A program made the position numbers and the translations under genes. DNA of 64,000 bases, taken from positions 1,184,001 to 1,248,000 of the forward strand of contig OZ242005.1 in assembly GCA_965204725.1 (NCBI GenBank), written 5' to 3'. The DNA is from Candidatus Latescibacterota bacterium (GTDB lineage Bacteria; Latescibacterota; UBA2968; UBA8231). Positions 18,104-28,434 of this stretch are shown piece by piece. How positions within the stretch are numbered: the first letter of the stretch is position 1; the number at the start of each line of letters is the position of its first letter. Below the pieces are notes generated by a model. The model was not told where the DNA came from, did not search any database, and saw only the letters and a list, made by a program, of their open reading frames with translations.

Positions 18104-19090
18104 CTACCTCGGCACCGGGATGGGCACCGGCACGTTGCCCTGTTTTTGCGACGTTAAAAACCCGATGATCAGCTCTACCACGAGGTGCCCGGCTCGGCCC
18201 GGCGACACCGACTCAACCCCTTGGTCTAAGGCGGCGATGAGTTCGTGGATGCCGGCCGGAATGCCCTCGACCGGCCAAGCCGGCGACGCGAGGGGTTCGG
18301 CCTCTTCGCCGCGATACAGGGTGCCGCCGTCGTTGCCGAGGCGTACTCGCCCGGTGGTGCCGACCACTTCGATTTGCTGCTTGGGCGCGGGCGTGGTCTT
18401 GGAGCCGCCGATGTAAAAGCCCCGCACGCCCTCGGCAAAGTGGATGTACCCATTGGCCCCCGGCTCAGTGGCCGGCACGTGGCCGCCGTCGCCGCGGTAC
18501 TCGGCGTACTCGGCGTATCCTTCCTCCAGCTCGGCCACCACCCACTGCGGCTGCGCGCCCGCGTAGTAGCAAATCGCATCGAGGGTGTGGGTGCCGTTGC
18601 GGAAGAGCATGGCGCGGGGGCCGGCGAGCGTGCCGATGACGTATTGCACCGGGCCGATGACGCCGCGATCGACGATGGCTTCTTTGGCGTGCCGCCACAG
18701 GGGGATAAAGCGCCGGGTGTGATCGACCGACAGGGTGGTGCTGTTGGCGTCGCAAGCGGCGATCATGCGGTCGGCGTCGGCGAGGTTGGTCGCCAGCGGC
18801 TTTTCGCAGAAGATGCCCTTGGCCCCGGCGTTGGCCGCATCGACGACCAAGTCGGCGTGGCGGTGATCCGAGGTGGCGACGGTGACGATGTCCAGCGCTT
18901 CGCGGGCGAGCATCTCGCGGTGGTCGCGGTATAGGGCAGGGGGCGCGTCCGGCCAGCGTTGCTCAAACTCGTGGAGGGTCGCTTCGTCGAGGTCGCAAGC
19001 CGCCACGAGGCGGGCGCGGTCCGACCCGACGATTCCGGTGGCGTGGGCCGTGCCAATGCCGCGGCAGCCAATAACTCCAGCTCGATACAT
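18104..19090 (-). CDS. Gfo/Idh/MocA family oxidoreductase
   Basis: YRAGVIGCRGIG, IFCEKPLA, RNGTH; ATG 19090 after AAGGAG. Confidence 0.9.
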   Translation of the reverse strand: MYRAGVIGCRGIGTAHATGIVGSDRARLVAACDLDEATLHEFEQRWPDAPPALYRDHREMLAREALDIVTVATSDHRHADLVVDAANAGAKGIFCEKPLATNLADADRMIAACDANSTTLSVDHTRRFIPLWRHAKEAIVDRGVIGPVQYVIGTLAGPRAMLFRNGTHTLDAICYYAGAQPQWVVAELEEGYAEYAEYRGDGGHVPATEPGANGYIHFAEGVRGFYIGGSKTTPAPKQQIEVVGTTGRVRLGNDGGTLYRGEEAEPLASPAWPVEGIPAGIHELIAALDQGVESVSPGRAGHLVVELIIGFLTSQKQGNVPVPIPVPR

Positions 19091-19146
19091 GATTGTGCTC
19101 CTTGTGAAGGGATTTGTGCTGCGAGCAATCCGCCCGAAGCGCTCGA

Positions 19147-20196
19147 TTACCAAGCGCTCTTGAGCTTGCCCCACGTCGCCGGGCGCACGGCCGTCGAAGG
19201 GTCCCACTGCTCGGCGCGCTGCATGAACACCGTGGGGTCGGCGCGCCAATCGCCGTAGCCAATGCGCTGGTTGTCGGTGAGATAGTTGATCTTGTCGTCA
19301 ATGCAGGCCGCGAGGCCGGCGTCCCCTGCGGAGAGGGTGAACCCGCCCTGCTCGGCGCTGGCGTCGAGGGCTGTGACCGCAAACGCGCCGTTGGAAGCGT
19401 GGCTCGCGTCGCGGTTGCCGATTTCGCCGCGGGCGACCGCGTCGATGCGGCCGGCGCCGAGGGCGTCTAGCAGTTCGATCTCGCCGGTCTCTTGCCCGAG
19501 GTACATCACTTGCGGCATGTTGGCCGCGGGCGGGTCCAGCCGCAGCCGCCCTTCGAGGTTGGGCGACGCGCCGGCCGCGGTGATGGTGTAATCGGCCGTG
19601 CCGTCGGCCACGAGCTCGCTGTCGGCTGTTGCGATGCGCGTACCGGCCGCGAGCACGCCGTTGGCATCGACCAAGCCCGTTAGCTCCAGCAGGCGGAACT
19701 CGCCCGTGGTGCCGCTCAGCGCACCCACCCGATCGTCGCTCGTCAGGTCGCTGTGGCGGGCGAGGCGCTCGGCGTCTTCGGCCCGCACCAGCAGCGATTG
19801 CCGAAAGGCTATGTGCCCGGACGTGAAGTTCACGACGTGTTCACCGGCTGCATTGCGGGTGCGAGAGTCGAGGATGGTGATGCCGCCGCCGACCAAGTCG
19901 TACTCCGGCCCGGCCGATTGCAACCATATATCGGGCCACTCGGCGATGGCCCGGCGTTCAAAGGACAATCCCGCGCCGTCCATGGCCTCTAAGGCGGTCA
20001 ACAAGTCCGCTTCGTACCCGCGATGTTCGTTGAACCCGGCCGCGCTCGGCTCTGGGTCTGCGCTGTAGCTGACCGGCTCGAAAAAGGCGTAGAACCCGAC
20101 TTGGAGCACCTGTCCGTCGCCGCAAGCGGCGGCTGAGGACGAGCGAGCCGCCAGCACTAGGAGGAAGAGGGATAGGTAGGAGAAGGATGAGGGCAT
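19147..20196 (-). CDS. amino-acid-type ABC substrate-binding protein (SBP_bac_3) with C-terminal TWGxLK tag
   Basis: signal peptide, LQVGFY.FFEPVS, GYEADLL, GITI...R, VGALSGTTGE; ends STAVRPATWGKLKSAW. Confidence 0.8.
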   Translation of the reverse strand: MPSSFSYLSLFLLVLAARSSSAAACGDGQVLQVGFYAFFEPVSYSADPEPSAAGFNEHRGYEADLLTALEAMDGAGLSFERRAIAEWPDIWLQSAGPEYDLVGGGITILDSRTRNAAGEHVVNFTSGHIAFRQSLLVRAEDAERLARHSDLTSDDRVGALSGTTGEFRLLELTGLVDANGVLAAGTRIATADSELVADGTADYTITAAGASPNLEGRLRLDPPAANMPQVMYLGQETGEIELLDALGAGRIDAVARGEIGNRDASHASNGAFAVTALDASAEQGGFTLSAGDAGLAACIDDKINYLTDNQRIGYGDWRADPTVFMQRAEQWDPSTAVRPATWGKLKSAW

Positions 20197-20263
20197 GTAG
20201 GATACCTCGTTTTTGGCGTGATAAGTAGGAATATGGGCCGGGGAAAGAGGCGGAGCAAACCCT

Positions 20264-21619
20264 TTACTCGGCGTAGGGAACGGTGCCTCGGGCATCTACT
20301 TGGTAGCCCCAGCGTTTGAGGTAGGCGGGGCCGGGGAGGAAGGAGTCGTCGGCTGCGGTGAGGCGGCGCGTTAGATGAGCGTCTAGTTCGTCGAGCACGC
20401 CCTGCTGGCCGGGCTGTCCCACGAGGTTGTCCTGTTGGAAGGGGTCGGCTTCGTTGTCGTAGAGCAGCCACGGCCTCTCTAAGGCGCGCACGTAGGTGTG
20501 GCGGCGGGTGCGCAAGCCCCGGTAGGACCGGCCGCCCACGCCGGTCCACCACTGCCCAAAGGGCTGGGGACACTGCAAGAGCGCGGTGCCGTCTGAGGGA
20601 TCGGGGCCGCCTTGCAGATACCCGGAGAAGTCGATTCCCTCCACGGTGGAAGGAATGGGGAGGCCGCACAGGCCCAACAGGGTCGGCATGATGTCTGGTA
20701 GGTCAATCGGCGCGTCGAGTTGCCGTCCGGCGTCTCCCATCCCTGGGTAGCGCAGCAGGAACGGTACGCGGATGGACTCTTCGTAGGGCTTTTGCTTTTT
20801 GTCCATGCCCTGCGAGCCGAGCATGTCGCCGTGATCCGAGAAGAACAAAAAGATGGTCTCCTGCTCAAGTGCTTCCTCCTGCAAGGTTTGGAGCAACGCG
20901 CCGACGCAGTCGTCTAGGGCCGTGCAATGGGCGTAGTACCCGGCGAGCCATTGCCGGGCACGATCGGCCCAATCGGCCGGCACATTGGGCCGCAGGGCGA
21001 TAGCCGCCGGATCGTATTGGGCTTGGTACGCTTGGGGGGCCGTGTGATAGGGGGCGTGCGGCGGCCCCCACGACAGGACCAGCAAAAAGGGCTTGGTCTC
21101 GCCTGAAGTCCCGCGCTGGCGGATATAGGCTTGGGCGTCGCGGGTCTGGGCCAAGGCGTCGTAGCCTTCCCACACGAGTTGCTCGTCTGAGTCGCCGGCA
21201 TAGTACGCCGAGTGGTTGTAGTTGTGGGTGCATTCGAGGACCTTCCAGTACTCAAAGCCCTGCCGCTGCTCGGGCGGAATATAGCGGCTCCGGCCCCGGC
21301 CATGGACGTGCCACTTGCCGATATAGGCCGTGTCGTACCCGCCCGCGCCAAAAGCCTGCGCGAGGCTCGGAGCGTCTTGGCCCAGCGTTACGTCGTTGAC
21401 GAAGACGCCGTGCGTGAGGGGGTATTGCCCGGTCAGGAGCGAGGCGCGCGCCGGCGAGCACACCGAGCAGCCAGACACCGCGTGGGTGCAGTTGACGCTA
21501 CGGCGGGCGAGCGCGTCTAAGTTGGGGGTTTGCACGTTGGGGTCGCCAGCGTACCCAAAGGCTTGGGCACGCCATTGGTCGGCGAATACGAGGACGACAT
21601 TCGGCGGTTTGCGGGGCAC
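20264..21619 (-). CDS. sulfatase
   Basis: PNVVLVFADQWR, CSPARASLLTG, GKWH, PPHAPY, SDHGDMLG; GTG start after AGGAG. Confidence 0.93.
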   Translation of the reverse strand: MPRKPPNVVLVFADQWRAQAFGYAGDPNVQTPNLDALARRSVNCTHAVSGCSVCSPARASLLTGQYPLTHGVFVNDVTLGQDAPSLAQAFGAGGYDTAYIGKWHVHGRGRSRYIPPEQRQGFEYWKVLECTHNYNHSAYYAGDSDEQLVWEGYDALAQTRDAQAYIRQRGTSGETKPFLLVLSWGPPHAPYHTAPQAYQAQYDPAAIALRPNVPADWADRARQWLAGYYAHCTALDDCVGALLQTLQEEALEQETIFLFFSDHGDMLGSQGMDKKQKPYEESIRVPFLLRYPGMGDAGRQLDAPIDLPDIMPTLLGLCGLPIPSTVEGIDFSGYLQGGPDPSDGTALLQCPQPFGQWWTGVGGRSYRGLRTRRHTYVRALERPWLLYDNEADPFQQDNLVGQPGQQGVLDELDAHLTRRLTAADDSFLPGPAYLKRWGYQVDARGTVPYAE

Positions 21620-21632
21620 GGCGCGTCTCCTG

Positions 21633-21656
21633 CTTGAATGATGTAGGATTGCTATA
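21633..21656. repeat. dispersed ~24-bp IS/MITE-end-like motif (copy 1)
   Basis: cttgaatgatgtaggattgctata; 22/24 identical to 31317-31340 and related to 63199-63223. Confidence 0.6.
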
Positions 21657-21730
21657 TTATCAACCGTCTAGAACAGCCAATGGGCTGCCACCCATCCACA
21701 TTCTAACTGAGTCAAACGAAACAAAGGAAA

Positions 21731-22105
21731 ATGGCTAACGTCAACGACACGGGGCTTACTCCCTCAACTATCAAACTCAAACGGATAATGGGCACCTCGC
21801 CCGCTTATCGGATGCTGACGCCATACGAAATCGAGCTGCTGCGGAAAAGTCAGGAGGAGGTCGCCGAGGTCGTGGGCCAAATCCTCGCTAAGAAGAACAA
21901 TAACAATAAGGAACCAATGGTGCTAGTGGTTTACAATCCGAACCCCGCGATAGACAACGCGACGAATCCGTTTGCATCGGGTTGTAATTCGTTAGTTATT
22001 AGAGAGAAGCGAGAGCAAATCGACGCAAGCGCGAAAGCCTACCAAGCACCATGGCATAACCCGGTTGTACCCCTTTGGAGTAGTAATGTTAAAAAATTTC
22101 CATAA
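21731..22105 (+). CDS. hypothetical protein (C-terminal half possibly run-on)
   Basis: AAAGGA RBS; first ~60 aa look protein-like (YRMLTPYEIELLRKS); remainder overlaps the next gene's upstream region. Confidence 0.45.
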   Translation: MANVNDTGLTPSTIKLKRIMGTSPAYRMLTPYEIELLRKSQEEVAEVVGQILAKKNNNNKEPMVLVVYNPNPAIDNATNPFASGCNSLVIREKREQIDASAKAYQAPWHNPVVPLWSSNVKKFP

Positions 22106-24361
22106 GTTATTGAAAAACAATAAGTTACCTCCCCCTCCCCCCGCAAAATCCGCTCCCGAGTTTCGGCGTTTGCGCTCTTGGTCATGCTGTTGGCATCCGC
22201 TGGCTGCCTGTACGTCAAAAGCCCCCTCGACAAGGTAGAAGCGCGGCGCATCGAATCACCTGCGCTTGGTAGGCCCACCGAAGTCGCCGTTGGTGCTGCC
22301 AACAGACGATTGACCGTCACTTGGCGCGAAATGCCCGGCGCGGCGAGTTACAAGATCGCCGTCAGACCCAAAAACGAACTCGTCCCTACATGGCGCGAAT
22401 ACACGGCGACTTCTGCGCCCTATATTGCGGATAGGTGGGCGATGAGCGGGATAGAGTATGAGGTGCGGGTGGCCACGGTCAACGCCCACGGTCAGTCCGA
22501 GTGGTCGAGCACGGTTTCGATAACAGTCCCCGTACTCCAAGCGGCTCCGTCCGATGCGATTGACATCGCCTCGTCCCCGTTGGTGGGAGAATTCATAGTC
22601 GTTGACTTGCACAGCCAGCGTCCATTTGAGAATAGGTCGGTGTGGCATTGGTTTATTTGCAGCGCGGACGGGCTTGATTGCAAGCTATTGCCGAGGCGTC
22701 GACCCTATCAATCTCAACCGACTTGGGAGTATTTCATGGAGCCGGCCTATGAAGGGAAGCACCTGTCGGTTCAGGTTGACTACGACAAAGAGGGGGGGTC
22801 GTACTCGGCGACGGCGGGGTTAGGCGTCGTCGGGGCCGCCCAGGACCGGGAGCTTACGACGCGGGAGCTTGCGACACCCGACGATGAAGGTGTACAGGGC
22901 CGGGAGCTTGCGACGCACTTGTATGCTCTCGATCTCAATGGGGTCTATTTCCGCTCATGGGAAGGCGAGAGCCGCGGCGCCATCGCGCCGTTGGGCAACG
23001 ACTTGCTCGTGGCCTCGCCGTGGGGGATGCTCGCGCTGGTGCGCCCCAACCGAGCGGTAGCGTATCTCGATGGGAACGTGCCGATGAATGGGGCCGAGTT
23101 CCAAGCGCACCCGGACAAAGCAAATCTCCGCTTACACCAGTTTCGAGTAGCCGACATTTTGTTGAAACAGCACTCGGTGGGGCGGTATGAACTGTTTGTG
23201 ACACATCACTATTTCACCGGCGAGTGCATCCGGTTCCGGTTGTCTGCTACGACGCTCCTGCAACAAGGCGCGGACATTTCGGTATCGCCGGCGTGGAGAA
23301 CGATATTTGATGCGGATCCGTGTGTGAGTGCCGCATCCGAGCAAGCGGGGGGCCGGATGTTGACGGACGGTCCCGACCACTTGTTGGTCGTAATTGGAAC
23401 TCATGGTCAAGACCACTATGCTCAAGATCCGGCCTCGCACTTGGGCAAGCTCGTCCGCATTGAAATCGAGACGGGGCGGGCGTTGATACTGGCCTCCGGC
23501 CTTCGCAATCCGCAGGGGCTAACCCGGGACGCGGCCGGCACCTTGTGGGAGACCGAGCACGGACCGCACGGCGGCGATGAACTCAACATACTGGAACTGG
23601 GTGGCAATTACGGTTGGCCGCAGGTTACGTATGGCATTGAGTCTGGAAGCTGGGTCAAAGTGTCCCGAGTCGAAAAGCTAGGCCGACACGATGGTTTCAC
23701 AAAGCCTGTTTTTTCTTGGCTGCCGTCCATCGGCATCTCCAACCTCGTCGTCAATGACGAGCGATGGTTCCCGCTGTGGGAAGACGACCTGCTGATCGGT
23801 TCGCTTGTCGGCAACGCGCTCTTTCGGGTTCGTCTCGACGGCGCGGCTGTGCAATACGTCGAGCGCATTAAAGTTGGCTATCGGATCCGGGATCTCGCGC
23901 ACATGCCGGACGGACGTATCGCGCTATTAGGCGACGGTGAAAAGGTCTATTTCCTGAGCCGATCCTACGCCTACTGCAACGACGAGGATACGTTGAACCT
24001 CCGCCCCGTCTATGCGGTTGACTGTGCGGCTACGGTGGGGAGCGGTGTTGCGGCTACGGTGGGGGCGGTTGCGGCTACGGGTGCTCAGTTATACGGCACA
24101 CATTGCAGCGGTTGTCACAGCCTGACGGTCGAGAAGCACGGCATAGGGCCGCATCTTGTCGGCGTGGTTGGCCGGCGTGCGGGCGAAGTCAGCGGCTACC
24201 TGTTCTCAGGTGCCCTCCGCTCACTGGACTTGGCGTGGACGCCGACCCACTTGGAACAGTTCTTGGCTGATCCCAAGCAGTTTGCTCCGGGCACATCCAA
24301 GTCGTTGCACATCACCCAAGCCGAAGCCCGCGCCATCGTAGATTTCATCGAGGGCGATTGA
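22086..24361 (+). CDS. FN3 + PQQ-dependent glucose/sorbosone dehydrogenase + cytochrome c lipoprotein; start out of frame across a poly-C tract
   Basis: main ORF 22178-24361: lipobox ASAGC, FN3 (YEVRVATVN..GQSEWS), GLRNPQG, ETEHGPHGGDELN, NYGWP, CSGCH..GPHL; GGAG+ATG 22086 is in another frame. Confidence 0.8.
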
Positions 24362-24480
24362 CCTTTTATAGAAAGCCCCTAAGTTCACGACAGGCGGTCA
24401 TGTCGCTGTGCTTGTTTCTATCGTGGTCATGGGGACGCTCCGTAGCTGAAAGGTGGGATACCCTCAGCGTAGGAACTACC

Positions 24481-24494
24481 TTGACCACGGTCAA
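24481..24494. promoter_or_regulatory. palindromic operator-like site upstream of cas3
   Basis: ttgacc-ac-ggtcaa perfect 6-bp inverted repeat including a -35-like TTGACC. Confidence 0.4.
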
Positions 24495-24527
24495 CATACT
24501 AGCACCATTAGTTAAGGAATAGGGCAC

Positions 24528-25753
24528 ATGACCTTCGATCAATTTTTCTCCGCAGCATTCGGCAAAGACCTTAGCCCTTTTGCCTATCAGCAAGCACTCG
24601 CAAATCGGGCTTGGCCGGACGCGCTCATCGCTCCGACTGGACTTGGCAAGACCGCCGCAGTGGTGCTCGGCTGGGCTTGGCAGCACATCGTTGACGAACA
24701 CGCGCCTCCGCGTCGCTTGGTCTATTGCCTGCCCATGCGTACGCTCGTTGATCAGACAGAGCGGAATGTCAAAGAATGGTTGCGCCGGCTAGGTGAGGCC
24801 GACCCGCACTGGAAATCGCGCCTCCCGGGTCCCAACACCGGAGTCCATGTCCTTATGGGGGGATGGGGGGCATGGATGAGCCGCGCTGGTTTGAAAAACC
24901 CGAACATCCGGCCATCCTGATTGGGACCCAAGACATGCTGCTCAGTCGCGCCCTGATGCGGGGGTACGCCATGAGTCGCTTCCGCTGGCCGGTAGATTTC
25001 GCGTTGCTGCACAATGACGCGCAGTGGGTCTTTGACGAGGTGCAACTCATGGGCTCGGGGTTGGCGACCTCCACGCAACTTGAAGGTTTTCGCCGCAAAT
25101 TGGGGATGGAGATTGCCTCGCGCAGTCTCTGGGTGTCGGCAACCCTTCATCCAGACTGGCTAGACACGGTTGATTTCAAGCAAAGTCCGAAGGTTTGGCG
25201 CGTTCCAGACGACTTCCCCGAAGACGCGCAATCGCCGCATGTCCGCAAGCTGATTGACGCGCCCAAGCCGATTCAGCAGGCGTCCGTTGCGCCAGTGAGT
25301 GCCAAGAAGGCCGATCTGGCTGCTTACGCTACGGCATTGGCGGATGAAACGCTGCGGCTGCATCGAGAAAACCGCACGACGCTCGTGGTGGTCAACACCG
25401 TCGCCCGCGCTCAAGCTGTGCATAAGGCTCTCCAGAAAAAGGAGCCGCCCGCTCACCTCGCCCTCATTCACTCGCGTTTTCGGCCCCAAGATCGCAAAGC
25501 GCAGATGGACAAGCTGCCAGAGCCTGGGGAGGCGAAAGACTTGATCGTCGTTGCGACACAGGCGATTGAAGCGGGTGTCGATCTTTCGGCGGCGGTAGCT
25601 TGCGCCGACGCGGGACGAGCTTTGTGCAGTTCCGATAAGGCGAGCCCGGGATTTCCGGGGAGGAAACGTCCCGGCCTCATTGAATTTGACCAAATCAATA
25701 AACCCCAAGATGCTGGACCAAGCCCTTTGCTAAACGGATTTGTTCAAGATTGA
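24528..25753 (+). pseudogene. cas3: type I-G (I-U)-like Cas3 helicase, frameshifted and 3'-truncated
   Basis: APTGLGKT, PRRLVYCLPMRTLVDQT, IGTQDMLLSRAL.RGY, FDEVQLMG, SAT, VNTV.RAQ, HSRFR, ATQAIEAGVD; 8-bp duplication ATGGGGGG at 24855-24870; similarity ends near 25597 before motif VI and HD domain. Confidence 0.85.
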
Positions 25754-25830
25754 TGGGAGTGTTAGGTTATAAAATCACCTAGGCTCAAGAATTTATAGAA
25801 CCTCAATTAAAAAAGTCGTAGATAGCAAAA

Positions 25831-28434
25831 ATGGAACATTTCGAGGAGTACCTTGATAGCCTCGGCTCAAGTAAATTTCGGCAGCTCTGGCCAACTCAGA
25901 AGCATGTCTTGGACGACTATAGTACTCAGTTCTTGGATGCTAAGGATGTCGCCATCGAGCTCCCAACGGGGGCTGGAAAGACGTTGATAGCATTGCTCGT
26001 TGGGGGGAAATGGCTCGAAAAAGGGAAGAAAGTAGTCATCTTGTCGGCGAACAAGACTCTAGCTCGCCAAATGAATGCGGAGGCCGAAGCACTTGGGCTG
26101 AAGGTAGCGTACATGGAAGGACGTGGTGAAGATATTCCGGCTAAAAAACGGCGGTCTTATCAGCGTGCCAAAGCGATCGGAATCATGAACTACTGGGTCT
26201 ATTTCAATCAGAGCCCAGTAGTTGACCCTGCCGACCTTGTAGTGATGGACGACGCGCATCTAGCGGAGCATTGTCTAGATTCGCTTTACTCCATCATGAT
26301 TAGCCGGAAGTACCATAAGGATCTCTTTGAGCAGCTCGTCCGAGAACTTCACGAGCGCTTTCCTGACTATGCTATCTTGGCAGACGCGGTTGCGGATGAC
26401 GTGCCGCCGGATACGCCAGCAGACCTGCTTTCGTTCATTGACCATGCAGAGTTTGTGGGTCGTCTCAAAGAAAATATCGATGCATCTCCGTTGTTAAGTT
26501 CAGACACAGACCTGAATTTTCGCTGGAATCGTCTTCGCAAAAGAGTCCACATTGCGAATTTCTATATTGGACGGGATGCCCTCTGGCTGCGCCCATACGT
26601 CTATCCGCTTATCGAAAACGAATACTATCAAGACACGACGCAAGTTCTCTATATGAGTGCCACAATTGGCGACCCAGGTGATTTGGCACGTCGCTTGGGA
26701 ACTCGACCAATCCAGAAGATCCAGGTTCCGGCACACTTAGCGGACCGCAGTTCCGGTAGACGCCTAATCGTGATGAATAAAACAAGTGACGACTCGGACA
26801 TTCCGGATCAGATGGCTCTTGCGCTTCTCAACGCCATCCGCGTTCATCGCAAAAGCGTTTGGCTGTGTACGAGTGAACGCGAGGCAAGCCATTTCAGCAA
26901 AGTAGTGAAGGAGTGGCTTAAAAAAAACAGTTGTACCGACCATCCGACATGGATTTTGACGCCACTCGGAGATGAGATTGATCGATTCCGTCAGGCACCC
27001 ATTGGTCATCTTTTCGTAGCAGGACGTTTCGATGGAATGGACTTCAAAGACGATGAATGTCGGATCGTCGTTATAGCCACTATACCAAGGGCTATCAACC
27101 TTCAGGAGGAATTCATTACGAGCCATCTGCGCGATAGCGGCTTCATGCGCCAACGCCTCAATCAGCGTATTGTTCAGGGTCTCGGGAGATGCACAAGGGC
27201 TGAAGGTGATTTTGGAGTCTATTTTTTAGCCGACCAGAGATTTGCTACTCATTTCTCTCGCGAGGCCAACCGAGGTGGAATTCCTCAACACATCGCGACA
27301 GAGTTGGACCTCGCCCAAGATTTAGCTGAGCTAGGAGAACACGAACTCGTGACGTACGTCACGACATTTCTCAGTGGCGATTTCACCACTTACGATGACG
27401 AACTCGCTGAGCTCCAAGAAGAGGCTATACCACCTCAAGAAAAGGGTACTATTTCCGACACATCCAAAGACGAGGTGATTGGTTGGTCTGCGCTGTTTGA
27501 AAGCGAGAATTTCGAGGTTGCCCAGCAGTGCTTTGAGCGATGCTGGGAAACTGCTAAGGCAGATGACAATCTCCTCGAAATAGCGGCTCTACACGGATGG
27601 CATCGAGCTAAGGCGATTTATCTTGAAGGACTTCGTGGGAATCGAGGAGCTTTGGAACAAGCTTTCCGAGTGCTGGAAGAGGCAATTCAACGCGGGGGGC
27701 AAAGGCCTTGGTTCAACCGGATGCGCGGCTCGCTCAATCGAGTACGCAATCAAGAAAATGCTGACGAAACTGTCATTAAGCGAGAATACGCTGAGGAAGT
27801 GATTCATCGTTTCGATGAACAGCTTGAACGCTGTGGGACGTCGGGGCCAAAGTTCCAAAAATTTGTTAAACGCCTCGAATCAAGACTGAAATCAGAAAGT
27901 CACGCAGAGTATCAGGAGGGCCTAGAGACTCTCGGATCTCTGCTTGGTTTCCGAGCACAACGCCCCCAACGTGGTACGCTAGCCGATTGCACATGGCGCG
28001 GCGACTTCGGTAACTCTCGGGAGTTGATTATTTTCGAGGCGAAGATCGAGCACGAGCCTTCAAACTCGATCACGCTCGGCCACTTGGGGCAGGCCCATGG
28101 ACAGTTCAGTAGAGCCAAAGAAAGATATGAGACGTTGGGCTATTCAGTCCGAGCAGTGGTGGTCACCCATCTCAATCAGTTAGCTTCCGATGCTCAATCA
28201 TCTGTGGGGCCGATCAAATTTCTCCAGAAGGATATTGTGCTAGCACTCTGGAGTAGGGTTAGTGGCATCCTGACGGCGTATCGTTCTCGCTGGAGCGTCG
28301 ATGATGTTCGAGCACAGAGAGACGCTGCGACGACTATCAGACCTCGTCTTCCCGATACTGGCTGGATTTTGCGGGCCTTAGATAGTGCGGATCCTTGGCT
28401 CTCGAAAGCTGACATCCTGAAGGAATGGGGCTAA
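25831..28434 (+). CDS. SF2 (DinG/XPD-like) helicase with C-terminal PD-(D/E)xK nuclease, Hna-like defence protein
   Basis: 867 aa, AT-richer; LPTGAGKT, DDAH, MSAT, FDGMDF, QGLGRCTR; C-terminal ADCTW...IFEAK. Confidence 0.75.
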   Translation: MEHFEEYLDSLGSSKFRQLWPTQKHVLDDYSTQFLDAKDVAIELPTGAGKTLIALLVGGKWLEKGKKVVILSANKTLARQMNAEAEALGLKVAYMEGRGEDIPAKKRRSYQRAKAIGIMNYWVYFNQSPVVDPADLVVMDDAHLAEHCLDSLYSIMISRKYHKDLFEQLVRELHERFPDYAILADAVADDVPPDTPADLLSFIDHAEFVGRLKENIDASPLLSSDTDLNFRWNRLRKRVHIANFYIGRDALWLRPYVYPLIENEYYQDTTQVLYMSATIGDPGDLARRLGTRPIQKIQVPAHLADRSSGRRLIVMNKTSDDSDIPDQMALALLNAIRVHRKSVWLCTSEREASHFSKVVKEWLKKNSCTDHPTWILTPLGDEIDRFRQAPIGHLFVAGRFDGMDFKDDECRIVVIATIPRAINLQEEFITSHLRDSGFMRQRLNQRIVQGLGRCTRAEGDFGVYFLADQRFATHFSREANRGGIPQHIATELDLAQDLAELGEHELVTYVTTFLSGDFTTYDDELAELQEEAIPPQEKGTISDTSKDEVIGWSALFESENFEVAQQCFERCWETAKADDNLLEIAALHGWHRAKAIYLEGLRGNRGALEQAFRVLEEAIQRGGQRPWFNRMRGSLNRVRNQENADETVIKREYAEEVIHRFDEQLERCGTSGPKFQKFVKRLESRLKSESHAEYQEGLETLGSLLGFRAQRPQRGTLADCTWRGDFGNSRELIIFEAKIEHEPSNSITLGHLGQAHGQFSRAKERYETLGYSVRAVVVTHLNQLASDAQSSVGPIKFLQKDIVLALWSRVSGILTAYRSRWSVDDVRAQRDAATTIRPRLPDTGWILRALDSADPWLSKADILKEWG

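Noticed and set aside
22052-22068. sigma54 promoter before the dehydrogenase
   Set aside because: TGGCAT is present but the GG-N10-GC spacing is not met.
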